Source of the DNA: Octopus vulgaris
Taxonomy: Eukaryota
DNA length: 64,000 bases
NCBI GenBank assembly: GCA_951406725.2
Contig: OX597817.1
Coordinates: 81,096,001 to 81,160,000, forward strand
Direction of reading: 5' to 3'
Numbering within the stretch: the stretch's first letter is position 1; the number at the start of each line of letters is the position of its first letter. The translations under genes were made by a program, and so were the position numbers. Below the pieces are notes generated by a model. It did no database searches. It saw only the letters and a program-made list of their open reading frames with translations, and had not been told where the DNA came from. Positions 15,245 through 30,364 of this stretch are shown piece by piece.

Positions 15245-15798
15245 GGAAAGGAGCACTCCGTCGGTTACGACGACGAGGATCCCAGCTGATACAATCAACA
15301 GAACAGCCTGCTCGTGAAATTCTTTTCTACTCAAGGCCGGAAATTTTTGGGGAGGGAGCCAGTCGATTAGATCGACCCCAGTACGCAACAGATACTTGAT
15401 TTATCGACCCCTAAAGGATGAAAGGCAAAGTCGACCTCGGAGGAATTTGAACTCAGAACGTAAACACAGACGAAATACAGCAAAGCATTTCGCCCGGCGT
15501 GTTAACGTTTCTGCCAGCTTGCCGCCATAGCTTGCTCGTGAAATTAACGTGCAAGTGGATGAGCACTCCACAGGAACGTGTACCCTTAACGTAGTTTTCA
15601 GGGGGGTTCAGCGCGACACAGAATGTGACAAGGCTGGCCCTTTGAAAGACAAGTACTACTCATTTTTGCCAGCTGAGTGGACTGGAGCAACGTGAAATAA
15701 AGTGTCTTGCACAAAAACACAATGCGTCGCCAGAAATTGAACTCACGACCTTACGATCGTGAGGCAAATTCCCTAACCACTAAGCCATGCGCCTTCAC
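15245..15798 (-). mobile_element. SINE family C interrupted by a SINE family B insertion (15322-15528) with a 17-bp TSD
   Basis: tRNA head gcatggcttagtggttaggg...gagttcaat on the minus strand. agc(c/t)tgctcgtgaaatt is duplicated at 15305-15321 and 15529-15545. Confidence 0.85.
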
Positions 15799-15854
15799 GC
15801 GAGCGACATTATATATATATAAGCGTAGTAGAAAATTTTCTTACCTTCTACATG

Positions 15855-15966
15855 GTACTGGGTTCGGTCAAGCTTCGTGATACCTTCAGTAAATGTTTTC
15901 TAGTATAGTCCTGGGCTGACAAAAGCCTTGTGAGTGGATTTAGTAGACGAAAATTGAAAACAGCGG

Positions 15967-16009
<43 letters not shown>

Positions 16010-16335
16010 TCTGTGTGGCTGTGAGTGTATGTATGTACGTGCGTATGCATGTATGTATGTATGTATGTATGTATGTATGTATGTATGTATGTATGTATGT
16101 ATATATGTATACGTGTGCGCGTGTGCGTTTGTCCCACCCCATTACTTTACAACCGGTGTTGGTTTGTTTACATCTCCATAACTTAACAGTTCGACAAAAG
16201 GAAACCGATACAGTAAGTACAATGCTTTAAAAAAAAAGAAAGAAAGAAGTATTTGGGTCAACTTGTTTCCCTTAACCCTTCAAAGCGGTGCTCCGGCATG
16301 GCCGCTGTCCAACAACAAAAACAAATAAAAGCTAA
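15855..16335 (+). mobile_element. SINE family A, diverged
   Basis: Head, internal microsatellite and tail match 5748-6170. Confidence 0.75.
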
Positions 16336-16354
16336 AAGATAAGCACAAAAGATG

Positions 16355-16407
<53 letters not shown>

Positions 16408-16869
16408 ACATGAACAATATTTACGCAAATTCACATACAAATGCGCAAAATTTCTTATTCCCGGCTCAGTCCCGTCCTTTCTCAGTTCTCTAAAACTTAG
16501 TATTCCCGGCTTTGGTATTCCATTTCTCCCCTTCTATTTCTTCCCCCCCCCCACCTTTCCTTCTTCGGTGTACACCACTCTCTTTCTCTCTCTCTCTCTC
16601 CCACGTACACAGTCACATTCATACATACATACACACAGACATTTTCTCCAGTAACAATATCGTGCTTATGACAACCATCGTTCAGTCGACCTTTGACACC
16701 TATTGCACATTCACAGAACTTTCTTTTTCCAACAGAATTTCTTCCTTTTTACCTTTTGAAATAAAATATATTTGCATTTCGCTTCGTTTATGTAAGCGGG
16801 CAAGAATAGAAGTGTGCCCGTGTATGCAAATATGTAGGTATGTGCGTATGTTTGTATATATATGTATAT

Positions 16870-16944
<75 letters not shown>

Positions 16945-17014
16945 CATATATATATATATGTGTGTGCGTATATGTGTGTTTTTATACGTATATATATATA
17001 TATATGTACATATA

Positions 17015-17124
<110 letters not shown>

Positions 17125-17191
17125 GACACAGAGAACGCTCGAGGGAGATAGAGGTATAGAGATATAAATATATATCTAAGCATGTATGTGA

Positions 17192-17239
<48 letters not shown>

Positions 17240-17852
17240 ATTTATCTATGCACAGATGCAGGCATGCATACATACATACATACATACATACATACATACA
17301 TACATACATACATACATACATACATACATACATACATACATACATACAATCATTTGGAGAATGGCATCTATTTTAAACGTATTTAAAAAATCTGGTCCAT
17401 TTCTTTTTATTTTACATCATAAACAGGAGACAGACGGCAGCAGAAACATGATGATATACATTACATTGTGCCTCTGTGTGTTTATATTTGCGCATGTATG
17501 TATGTGTGTGTATATATGGATGTGTGTGTGTGTGTGTGTGTGCCTCTGTAGGTGTGTATGTATGTTATATAATTATGCAGGTACGCGAGTATGTATAGGT
17601 ACTCGTGCTATTGTTTACAATTTTCAATATACCTGAATTCATTTAAAGTTCTTTTGCTTCCAGTGCACGCATCTACAAACTCTGTGTGTGTGTGTGTGTG
17701 TGTGCGTGCGTGCGTGTGTGTGTGTGTATGTGTATATGTGTGTATGTGTGTGTTTATGCATGTATAGATAGATACGTGTATATATATATATACATATACA
17801 TATGCATAAACATACACACACACACACATACATAAGTATACACACACACAGA

Positions 17853-17895
<43 letters not shown>

Positions 17896-17981
17896 GACTG
17901 TGTCTGAATGTGTGCATGTGCATGTATATGTCTGTGAGACCGCCCCCGTGCACACAATATATATCTGTATATATATGTGTG

Positions 17982-18022
<41 letters not shown>

Positions 18023-18404
18023 CATTTACCGAATACATATTTTGTATGTATATATGTGTATATTGTATATATATACATGATGAATGTGTATAGTAGAATT
18101 AGACTGAGACAGACTGGGAAGAAGGGAAGAAGTGAAGCAACTCTTGAGAAGAAAAGAAACTTTTAAGAGTACAATCTTCATAGTATGCTAAATCGGTTTC
18201 TGAATTTGACCATTCCGATCGATAAAAGAGAACAATGAAAGGTGCTGCTGTCGCGAAACTTAATAAATTTTGTTCTTGTTACTGATGCAGCTGTTGTTGT
18301 TGTTGTTGTTGTTGTTATTGCTGCTGTTGATACTGTTGTTCTTGAAACTGCTTTCAGATCTGATAATTGTGCTTACTTCATGAGATCATTTATTATTATT
18401 ATTA

Positions 18405-18480
<76 letters not shown>

Positions 18481-18527
18481 TATCATTCTTATTATCATTA
18501 TTATTATTATTATTAATATTATTATTA

Positions 18528-18570
<43 letters not shown>

Positions 18571-18581
18571 CATTATTATTA

Positions 18582-18633
<52 letters not shown>

Positions 18634-19181
18634 CATTATTATTGTTGTTGTTATTATTATTTTTATTGAATTTTGTTTCCAGTTTCAATAAAATAGTTTC
18701 CATAATCACAGAATGTTTTGTATTCTTATGATATGAGATAAAACAATTTCGTTATTGACGACAAGAATCGGCTCAAAACTGCGATAATGCCTAAGTAACT
18801 ACTACATATTCTTGAGATCTCCTCCGATTGTCTACTCTTGGACAATAAGCATCCTCAGAACCTATGCGACACAATGAACGGATGTTGTATCTTTTTTTTT
18901 TTTTCCACCTGCTTCAGTCATTGAACTGCAGCCATGCTGGGACACTGTTTTGAAGGGTTGTAGTCGAACAAATGGACCCTAGTATTTGGTTTTTTTTTTA
19001 ATCTCGTACTTTGTCGACGTCTTTTTACCGAACCGCTACGCTACATTACGGGGTTACAAACAAACCAACACAGGTTTCAAGCGATGGAAGGAGCGGACAC
19101 CTACGCAAACACACGCACGCACATATAATTTACACATATACATACACTCACACAAATACACACACATACATTCATACATAA

Positions 19182-19219
<38 letters not shown>

Positions 19220-19377
19220 AGTATATATATATATATATATATATTCTTTGTAAGCCTAGTACTTATTCTATCATTCTCTTTTACCGAACCGCTAAGTGAC
19301 TGACACACACACACACATACACACACATACACACACATATACAGATACATATATATACATATACATATACTACATAT

Positions 19378-19449
<72 letters not shown>

Positions 19450-19502
19450 ATATGTATCTGTATATATATATATATGTATCAGATACATATATATACATAT
19501 AC

Positions 19503-19566
<64 letters not shown>

Positions 19567-19808
19567 ATGTATATGTATATTTATGTATCTGTATATGTGT
19601 GTGTATGTGTGTGTATGTGTGTGTATGTGTCCGTCACTTAGCGGTTCGGTAAAAGAGAATGATAGAATAAGTACTAGGCTTACAAAGAATAAGTCCTGGG
19701 GTCGATTTGCTCGACTAAAGGCGGTGCTCCAGCATGGCCGCAGTCAAATGTCTGAAACAAGTAAAAGAGTAAATATTATTATTATTATTATTATTATCAT
19801 TATTATTA

Positions 19809-19863
<55 letters not shown>

Positions 19864-20413
19864 CATTATTATTGTTGTTGTTATTATTATTTTTATTGAA
19901 TTTTGTTTCCAGTTTCAATAAAATAGTTTCCATAATCACAGAATGTTTTGTATTCTTATGATATGAGATAAATCAATTTCGTTATTGACGACAAGAATCG
20001 GCTCAAAACTGCGATAATGCCTAAGTAACTACTACATATTCTTGAGATCTCCTCCGATTGTCTACTCTTGGACAATAAGCATCCTCAGAACCTATGCGAC
20101 ACAATGAACGGATGTTGTATCTTTTTTTTTTTTTTCCACCTGCTTCAGTCATTGAACTGCAGCCATGCTGGGACACTGTTTTGAAGGGTTGTAGTCGAAC
20201 AAATGGACCCTAGTATTTGGTTTTTTTTTTTAATCTCGTACTTTGTCGACGTCTTTTTACCGAACCGCTACGCTACATTACGGGGTTACAAACAAACCAA
20301 CACAGGTTTCAAGCGATGGAAGGAGCGGACACCTACGCAAACACACGCACGCACATATAATTTACACATATACATACACTCACACAAATACACACACATA
20401 CATTCATACATAA

Positions 20414-20451
<38 letters not shown>

Positions 20452-20469
20452 AGTATATATATATATACT

Positions 20470-20510
<41 letters not shown>

Positions 20511-20659
20511 TATAATATATATATATTCTTTGTAAGCCTAGTACTTATTCTATCATTCTCTTTTACCGAACCGCTAAGTGACGGACACACACACACATAC
20601 ACACACATACACACACATATACAGATACATATATATATACATATACATATACTACATAT

Positions 20660-20733
<74 letters not shown>

Positions 20734-20784
20734 ATATGTATCTGTATATATATATATGTATCAGATACATATATATACATATAC

Positions 20785-20817
<33 letters not shown>

Positions 20818-20820
<3 letters not shown>

Positions 20821-21188
20821 CGGGAAGCTTTATGAAAATAAACAAAAGACGAAGGCAGGTGGAAAACAAACGAACAATTGTATTAGTATGGCGCTCAGGA
20901 AATATAAATAAAACAAGTCTTTAACGTTTCGAGCCTACGCTCTTCAACAGAAAGATACACAGAGAGAGAAAAACACAGAAAGAAGGAGAGAAAAAAAATG
21001 CGTGCAGTAGCTAACGAATCAACATGGCGATCTGATTTCGGCCAGAGGTCAAAGATCAAACATGAGACGCGAGAGCGAAATAAGGGGAGATAATAGGGTT
21101 GATAAAAGGGTTGAGGGACCAGCTAAAAGTGCGTGGGAGGGGTCTGGATGTGTGTATGTATAGGGTTGGTGTATGTATTAGTATGTAT

Positions 21189-21225
<37 letters not shown>

Positions 21226-21795
21226 AGAGAGTATTAGTGCGTAAGATTGGTCTGGACGTGCGTATGTATGGGGTTGGTGTATGTATTAGTATGTATTAGT
21301 ATGTATTAGTACGTATTGGTATGTATAGGTGTGTGTGTGTGTGAGAGAGAGAGTATAAGTGCGTATGCGGGGTCTGGACGTGTGTATGTATAGGGTTGGT
21401 GTAAGTATTAGTATGTACTAGTATGTATTAGTACGTATTAGTATGTATTAGTTGGTGTGTGTATTAGTATGGCACATCATATGTGATGTGATGTGTAAAG
21501 TCATGTGGTGTAGTGAGGAAAAGAGGGGGGAGAAGAGGGGGGAGAAGAAGGGGGAGGGGAGACGAGGGGGGAGAGAAGGGGAGGGGACGAAGAGGGGGAG
21601 GAGAAGGGGGAGAGGAGAGGATGGGGGAGAAGGAAGGGGATGAGGGGGATGAAGGAGGAAAGAGGGAGAGGGGGAGAGAGAAGGGGAGAGAGGGAGTGAG
21701 GGAGCAGAGGGAAGGGGAAGAGGGAGGGAGAAAGAGGGAAGAAGGGAAGGGGAGTAGGGGTGAAAGGATGAAGGACTGAAGAAGTAGGGGTCGGG

Positions 21796-21800
<5 letters not shown>
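20818..21800 (-). mobile_element. (TA)n-flanked non-coding element with an HHR-like motif, internal about 110-120-bp tandem repeats and a purine-rich tract
   Basis: HHR-like motif at 20918-20955; three repeats 'ggtctggacgtgtgtatgtatagggttggtgta' in 21130-21470; GA/G-rich tract at 21515-21800. Confidence 0.55.
20918..20955 (-). ncRNA. Minimal type I hammerhead-like motif (Penelope type)
   Basis: UCUUU-CUGUUGA-A-GAGC guag GCUC-GAAAC-GUU-AAAGA: 5-bp stem I, 4-bp stem II, palindromic AACGUU stem III; A6 is replaced by U. Confidence 0.55.
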
Positions 21801-21836
<36 letters not shown>

Positions 21837-22510
21837 GTATATGTATATATATGTATCTGTATATGTGTGTGTATGTGTGTGTATGTGTCCGTCACTTAGC
21901 GGTTCGGTAAAAGAGAATGATAGAATAAGTACTAGGCTTACAAAGAATAAGTCCTGGGGTCGATTTGCTCGACTAAAGGCGGTGCTCCAGCATGGCCGCA
22001 GTCAAATGTCTGAAACAAGTAAAAGAGTAAAAGAGTAAACGAACATACAGACACATATGCACCCAAACATGGGCATCTGCTCATCTACCATCCTCTCTCC
22101 TCCAAAAAATCTATACATAAAAAACTCCTACATTACATTCCAAACACAAAAATACCAACCCCTATCTCCACCGACAAATATTTTCGAGAAACTCTTTCAT
22201 CCTTACAACGTCTCAGAGATTTTGCATAAATCTTGATAGAACTCTTGCCCAGTTCGTCTCCCATGGGTTTCTCTCTTGTTTTTCCAGAGCACTCACAAAT
22301 CGGGTATGAATTCATAACCTCCAGTAACACACAGTAGTCGCCATATTTTTTCCATACCTGCCATATCTGAAAAGAATACAGCATTACTTAACAGCGCTGT
22401 TACCTAACATCCGGTTCTAATAGGTACCCAGTGCACGAAACTGATTGGAAAGATGCATATATATATATATATATATATTAACAAATTAATAAATAAAACA
22501 TATGCATACA

Positions 22511-22543
<33 letters not shown>

Positions 22544-23036
22544 GTACATACCTACATCTATATGTATATATACATGCATATATAGGCACAGGACACCAAA
22601 AAAACGTAGAACACAACGAGAAACGAAAACATAAAAACAAAAACATGGAAACGGACTTTTCCAAACAACGAAAAACAAAGAACAAGACATACAACACAAG
22701 GAACATTCCCCTTCTTCAGCTGCCCCTGATTCGTGTGTATGTATTTATGTATGTATGTATGTATGTATGTATGTATGTATGTATGTATGTATGTATGTAT
22801 GTATGTATGTATGTATGTATGTATGTGTAACAGATCGTCAATTTTTTGCTTAAATATTTAAACTATACACTTGTACAGTCTTTTTTCAATGAGTTCTATC
22901 ATTTGTTGTTTCCATTGAAATGTTAAAAGAACGTTAATTTCGAATACATATTTTCATTCATATTACATTTATGCAATCAATGTACAAGTAAATACATACA
23001 TACATACATACATACATACATACATACATACATACA

Positions 23037-23070
<34 letters not shown>

Positions 23071-23076
23071 CACACA

Positions 23077-23128
<52 letters not shown>

Positions 23129-23198
23129 TGTATATATATATATATGTATTTATATGTATATATGTATATATATATACGTATATATATGTATATGTGTA

Positions 23199-23240
<42 letters not shown>

Positions 23241-23700
23241 TATATGTGTCCATATAATGTATGTATGTATGCATGTGTGTATATATGTATATTCTACGTC
23301 TAACTCGATTTTATAATCATCTGTATAATGTACATTTACATCGATTTCCTTCGTCGTGCCTGCTTCGATTTATATATTTTCTTTATTCCAGTATATGTAT
23401 ATCACAATCCACAACACGCACGCATGAACACACACACACACACACTTACATATATATTTGCATGTATGTATGTATGCATGTATGTATGTGTATGTATGTA
23501 TTATGTGTGTATGTATGCATGTATATGTTTGTATATACATATTGCTTGGCTAACAATGCTTTGAATTCTCTTATCTTGACTGTGGCTTGCTTATTTCCTG
23601 CCAAGACTTTCAACTAAATGTGTGTGTCTATGTGTACATACAGATATAAATATATATTTGTGTGTGTGTGTGTATGTGTAGTATATATATATATATATAC

Positions 23701-23795
<95 letters not shown>

Positions 23796-23844
23796 CATAT
23801 ATATATGTATGTATATATATATACACATACATTTATATATATAC

Positions 23845-23876
<32 letters not shown>

Positions 23877-24102
23877 ATGACTACGAAGAAGATATTTGTA
23901 TGTCCATGTGTGTATTTGTACGCAAGGAAGGTGGGGAGAGGGCTTAGTAAGTTGTGTGACAGCAAACGATGCAATTGCACTTCAGCTTCTCGAGATGAAT
24001 ACCACAAGGGAGGTAAGCAAAATGAAGAAAGGAAAGCGAAGTGAAGAAGAATAGGAAGCAACGAGTAGGAGTGAGTGTATGAGCGTACGTATGAGCTTGT
24101 GG

Positions 24103-24180
<78 letters not shown>

Positions 24181-24973
24181 AGAGAGCGAGAGAGATGTAT
24201 ATATACACACACACACATACATACATACTTGCGCGCGCAAATACCAAAAGTACAGAGCAGACATCGGCAGAGAAAGCGAGAGAGTGAGGGTGACAGAGAA
24301 GGACACAGAGACACAGAGTGAGTTGGGGGATTATATAGAGAGAGTGACATGTTTGTCTTCTGTTGGGTTATGTTCTGTTATGTATATTCACTTGTTTCAC
24401 TGACAAGCTGAACTCGGGCTAAACCTGGTGACAGCAACTGACAAGAGACATATAAAATCTAATGAATATTCATTTATCTACAGAAAGTCATCTCATCGTC
24501 GACTTAGTCGACACGTTAGCATACGATATAATAATGCTTCGCGGCTTCTTGGTTTCATGAACTAAGCTGATATTAAGAGCGGCAAGTTATAAAAACCGTC
24601 ACTGATGCAAACTTAGACAAGGGCCCTTCAGTTTTTCACTTACTCTACTTTTACACTGATTTCTCGTCGCTACTTAGTTTCTTTAACTTGTATTTCGCTT
24701 AAACATGGCTCACAGCTATTACTTTCACTTAACTTTCTAATCCAATGATTCTTTAACTTTTCCTATCCTTTTGCTTTGTTTCTTTGAGTTTTCTTTCATT
24801 ATTTATTATATTATAATTTTATTTCAGTCGTACGTACGTTTTGCCCTCATTGTTTCTGTTGTTTTATATATATAAATATATATATATATATAAAGATAGA
24901 TAGATAAATACATACATACATACATACATACATACATACATACATAAATAGATATAGATATATATATATACAC

Positions 24974-25006
<33 letters not shown>

Positions 25007-25173
25007 TGTATGTATGTATGTATGTATGTATGTATGTATGTAGCCGTGCATATATATATGTGTGTGTGTGTGTACCTGTTGTGTTTGCATGTATGTATAT
25101 GCTTGTATTATATTTGCGTGTATGTGATGTGGTCATACCTACGACTAGTCACACACTGGTACGCGCGCACACA

Positions 25174-25212
<39 letters not shown>

Positions 25213-25471
25213 GCATTTACATAGGTGTATGTGTGTGAATGTGTGCTTATGTATATATAGATGCACTCACAAACATAGTTTATTTGAATTAATTATTGAG
25301 CACTCATTTTTGGACGAGATCAGATATGTCATGTGATGCGGATAAGTGTATATTGTATGCACTCGCACATACACTTACACACACACATACACACACATGC
25401 GCACACACACACGCACACACATACACACATATATATACATCAATACACACACACAAACACACACTCATATG

Positions 25472-25560
<89 letters not shown>

Positions 25561-26206
25561 TCATTGATCGGTTGATTGACAGACGGAAGGCTAGATAAAT
25601 AAATACGTTTTCGATTGTGTTTGTTCCTCAGATCAAATGGAAACACAAACTAGAACAAAGTCTCCAAACCACTTTATAATGTATTAGAATACAACTACAG
25701 CAGCAGCAACAACAATAATAATAAAAATAATAGTAACAATGATAATCATCATCATCCAGTGTTTTAAATCCGGGTTTTGTCCCCATTAACGGGGACGGGC
25801 GGATCTACCTCAATGCCATAGCAATCGAGGTAGGCAGGTGCAGCCCACTCCAACTTTTGGGCGGGCTGGCTGGTGCTCATTCTCCTTTGCTATCATGAGG
25901 CTGTTTTGGAGCTGGATTTCTACGGGGAGCATGCCCATGCTTACCCTCAACCTCAGTTTCTAATCATGAGTGGTCCCGAGACCAAGGCCTCTAAAACGAT
26001 TTTTAAGAAATGTGGTGGAATACTACCACAGGAAGGCAGGGACGCTACTCCCTGAGACTCCTTTCAGCCCCCCCTCCTAATAATAACAATGATAATGATT
26101 TCTTTTATTAGCCACATGGATATAGATGAAGGTGACATCACAAGGACAGACAACAATTTGTGTGGGGATTTGCTTAAAAGATGAGAATAAAGAAATGGAA
26201 AAGACG

Positions 26207-26412
26207 GTGAAGGCACGTGGCTTAGTGGTCGTAAAACCGTGAGTTCACTTTCCGACGACGCGTTGTGTCCTTGAGCAAGACACTTTATTTCACGTTGCTC
26301 CAGACCACTCGGTTGGCAAAAATTAGTAGTACCTGTATTTCAAAGGGCCAGCCACTTGCACGTTAATTTCACGAGCAAGCTGTTCCATTGATTGAATCAA
26401 CTGGAACCCTCG
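26207..26412 (+). mobile_element. SINE family C, internally deleted
   Basis: gcacgtggcttagtgg...gagttcac head; 'ccttgagcaagacactttatttcacgttgctccag' block shared with 15670-15720. Confidence 0.75.
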
Positions 26413-26654
26413 TGTGTGTGCGTGTTAGTGTGGGTGTGTATGTGTGTGTGTGGTATGTTTAAGAAGTTCGGATAGATTGCAGCTGTAACTTCAAAGTAGT
26501 CCCGCGATCTCACATTGTATCTCACTGATTCTTCCAGCCGAGATCTATTTGTGTGTGTGTGTGTGCGTCTGTGTGTGTGTGTCTGTGCGTGTGCGTGCAC
26601 GCGTGTATTTGTATGTGTGCAGTATTTGGAGTCATTGCTTGTACGGACTCGTGT

Positions 26655-27845
26655 ATGTATGTCATTATTCAGTTTATTTTAAGATTTCTTGTCAATAGAG
26701 AAAGAACCGGTTTCTAACCTAGATCCAAGGCTCCTTCATCAAAACAGGGTATTTTTGTTTGTTTGTTTGTATGTATGTATGTACAGATTTGTATGTTTTG
26801 TGTTATGTGTGTATTCTCATGCATATAGGTGCATACCTAGACATGCTCATATTTATTTAAATTATAAACTTCTGGAAAGTTTTACAGATTTTTTACAATT
26901 CCAGTGATGGACTGGATCTGTAGTACTCGAATTCGCTTTCTCCTTTCTGGTTTTGAGAAGCCTAATTTCTCAAGATTGGCATTTAAATAGTGTTTTGCAT
27001 ATCCCAAGATCCCAATAAATATAGGTATAAACCTGAACTTGTAATCTGGATAGAATAACTGTAGATTTCTCAATAGCTCAGCATAGCTGTTCTCTTTTTC
27101 ACTGATCTTCAACTTTATGTTAACATCTGCTGGGCAGCTAATTTCCACAACTGTGCACAGTTTCTCTTCTCCATCCCAAATCATTATATCAGGCCTGTTG
27201 TGCTTACATTTTATTGAGGTCTTTACAGGTACATTCCACCAGTATTCCTTTTTATTATGAGTGGTTATGGCTTCTATCATATTGTGAGTTCTTATTTCTT
27301 TGTCCTCGGAATTATCCTTCCGACGGATTCCATTATAGAGTGCCCTAACTACATCGGTAGTCTCATCGGTAGATAATACCGTGATGACATTTTTGGACAA
27401 CTGCTTATGATGTGCGTGATATCTTCAGTGTGAACTCCACAAAGTCTGTCTCGGTTGTCACATTTTACATTTTATTGAAGTTTTTCCACTGGGACATGGC
27501 ACCAGTACTCCTTTATATTATGAGTAGTTATGGCTTCCACCATACTGTTGGTTCTTATTTCTTTGTCTCAATGTTATCCTTCCAACGGATCTCATTATGC
27601 AGTGTCCTGGCAACAACATCGTGTCTCATCGGTAGATAATAACGTGTTTACTATTTCGGCCAACTGCTTATGATGTGGGTAATGTCTTCAGTGTTAACTC
27701 CACAAATTCTGGATCGGTTGTCGCATTTTCTGTTTTTCCTGCATCTCAATCCCTTTTGTGCATCAGGTACTTGGTTGATATGTCCTGTTCCTGGATTGCA
27801 AACGCATGCCCTTGCTACTTACATATTCATACATAGTCTTCCGCA
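26655..27845 (-). pseudogene. R4/Dong-clade LINE 3' fragments; RLE ORF remnant at 26882-27400
   Basis: 'YWWNVPVKTSIKCKHNRPDIMIWD..KLCTVVEISCP..K...Y..L' is a restriction-like endonuclease. The CCHC region appears twice in tandem. Flanked by (TATG)n. Confidence 0.85.
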
Positions 27846-28117
27846 TGTATGTATGTATGTATGTATGTATGTATGTATGTATGTATGTATGTATGTATGT
27901 ATGTATGTATGTACGTATATGCATATATGACTTATATAAACACAAACATAAGCGCCTTCTCTTTAAGACGGCTGATATCGATATAGTTATTATCCTTTCC
28001 ATTTTGTTCAACTAAATTTTCTTGATCGATTTCTGATCGATACAGATTTACGCGTATATGCGGTATTGTTAATGATGTGATGTTTATACTGTTGTTCTTG
28101 CTACTGCTACTGTTGCT

Positions 28118-28172
<55 letters not shown>

Positions 28173-28681
28173 GATGGTGGTGGTCGTCGTCGTGATGGTG
28201 GTAGTGGTCGCCGTCGTCATCGTCGTCGTTGACCTCGTTGACGTCGTTGTCGTTATCGTCATCGCTATCATCGTCATCAACTAGTGATCGTAGTCATGGT
28301 GATGAAACTAGATAGTATATCGTTCGAGAGGGCGGTCTTGGTGTTCCCGATCAAGCTAGTCATGGCAAGAACTACTTCATCAATGGTCTTCGCCATCATA
28401 CATAACATAGGTCTAAACAATAATGGCAATGCTAACTTGTCGTTGATATTGCTGTTTTTGTTGTTGTTTTTAACCCGAGGTCAGAGCTGATCCGGGCATA
28501 CCTTTCATACCGACTATCTCGTCTTTTACGTGTATCTACATGTACATTATCCAGTGTATTTTCATTTTTCTCAAATTCAAAATCGCGTGAATCGAAGGAG
28601 ATTTGACTGTTATCTTTAGTGGTTCCAGCAACCACATGGATGCCACGCTTCGCTGTCTCAGTTGTTATTGATTTGGATTCC

Positions 28682-28888
<207 letters not shown>

Positions 28889-29234
28889 GGTTTCTTCTTG
28901 TTTAAACTCTGGTTAAATCTAACAGCGAACATTTATAATCAAAAGCATTCCCACCATAGCCAGCTTGTCTATTTTATGCTCCGTATATAGGACTAAGTGA
29001 ACTCTATAAGAGCGACTATAAGGTTCAAAACATTATCGATGATGATGGTCCCGGAAAATCAATGATGATCACCGTCAAAGAACTTCAGGTGTTGGAGTGA
29101 GCTATCAGAACCGATATGCACGAGGACAATGTAATGAGGAGGGAAGACAATTCAGGTCTGCAAAGACAGGGAAACTGTTTGATCCATGCCAAGCGATTAA
29201 ATAGCAAGGTTGAAAGTTCTGACGAACACACCAT

Positions 29235-30062
29235 GACTAGATTCTTTGCATATATTAATGATATAGATGCCAACTTGAGGAATGTTACAGTACTGAAATA
29301 TTCAGATGGCATCAAGCTGTATCTCGAAATAAAAAGAACAGATCCTATGCGCTATAGATCTTTCCTGCAATCAGACCTGCAATGGATCTCTGACTGGCAA
29401 TTAAAGCTAGCTTTGGACAAGTGCATCACCATGCATTTTGGGAGGAAAAATCTAGCCTTTACATACTCCTTCAGCAACACCAATCTCAGCGGATGTGATC
29501 TGGGCATTATTGTAAACAACGATCTGCGTTAGACAAACCACATCTGTAAGATTGTCAAGAAGGCTGAGGAGATGCTACATATTCAGGAAGACCTTTGTCA
29601 GCCGCTCTCCAGCTATCTATTTAAAATTGTATACGACAATTGTATATACACACTTGGAATTTGCATTACCAGTCTGGAACCCCTATCTTGCACAACATAT
29701 AAATCTCCTGTAAACTGTTCAGAAGCGTGCAACAAAACGAATACCCGCCGTCAGACATCTACCATACTCTGAACGTCATGGGTACACGGAAGATCAGAAT
29801 TCCGACAACTGACTTGGTAGACACTCACAAAATTATCCACCATCTTTCCAACAACATTGGACACCGTTTTGAATTCCATATGACAAACACTCGCAGATAT
29901 GCTTATAAAATCAAAAAATAACACAGCACCTATGACTTTTGGAAACATTTTTTCACGCTCAGAATTGCATGGAATAAATTACCCGCATTAGTTGTTAGCT
30001 GTCGAGACGCTACATCCTTCAAAACTTCCATGCTTCCTGAAATCCGCCAACAGTACACCTGG
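29235..30062 (+). pseudogene. CR1-clade LINE RT fragment with 3' end
   Basis: 'FFAYINDI...LKYSDGIKLY...LQSDL..WISDWQLKL..DKC..MHFGRKN' (degenerate FADDTKL); later 'HFFTLR..AWNKLP'; stops and frameshifts. Confidence 0.85.
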
Positions 30063-30066
30063 TGCC

Positions 30067-30115
<49 letters not shown>

Positions 30116-30144
30116 AGTGTTCCTGAACACTGTATAAACAATTT

Positions 30145-30360
30145 CCTTCATTGTTTCATCTAAGAAAAATTTCGAGCCAGTAGGTTATGTACAGATCCTT
30201 CCGATGTCCCCCAGAATGATGTACACTACGTTTCCAGCAAGTGTGATGGTTTTAAGGGTGGTGAGAACGAAGGTCACATCATGCCAGCTCACATCTTTCC
30301 ACCAGATCTTAGAACTAATGCTGCTGGGTTACGTTTAAGTGCTGAAAACAACCGTTAAGT
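30145..30360 (+). pseudogene. Tc1/mariner-type transposase fragment
   Basis: Frame-hopping translation LCTDPSDVP..MYTTFPASVMVLRVV..EGHIMPAHIFP, typical of the region after the first catalytic Asp. Confidence 0.55.
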
Positions 30361-30364
30361 AACT

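Larger units (their letters stand above)
18390..22038. repeat. Complex duplicated block: about 1230-bp-period direct duplication plus inverted SINE-A tail copies and long (TAT)n
   Basis: 'ttttattgaattttgtttcc...' at 18661 and 19891. SINE-A tail in alternating orientation at 19245, 19630, 20525 and 21885. Confidence 0.9.

Noticed and set aside
15735-15798. tRNA-like sequences (also at about 7400-7463, 26207 and 55150-55220)
   Set aside because: They are SINE heads with A/B boxes but no intact cloverleaf, and they continue into SINE bodies.
22133-22384. 83-aa non-repetitive minus-strand ORF
   Set aside because: Non-ATG start, no recognisable motif, and a length compatible with chance.
26050-26062. 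tccctgagac, matching the start of miR-125 (similar short matches to miR-34 near 61811 and miR-279 near 29234)
   Set aside because: The match ends after about 10 nt and there is no precursor hairpin.
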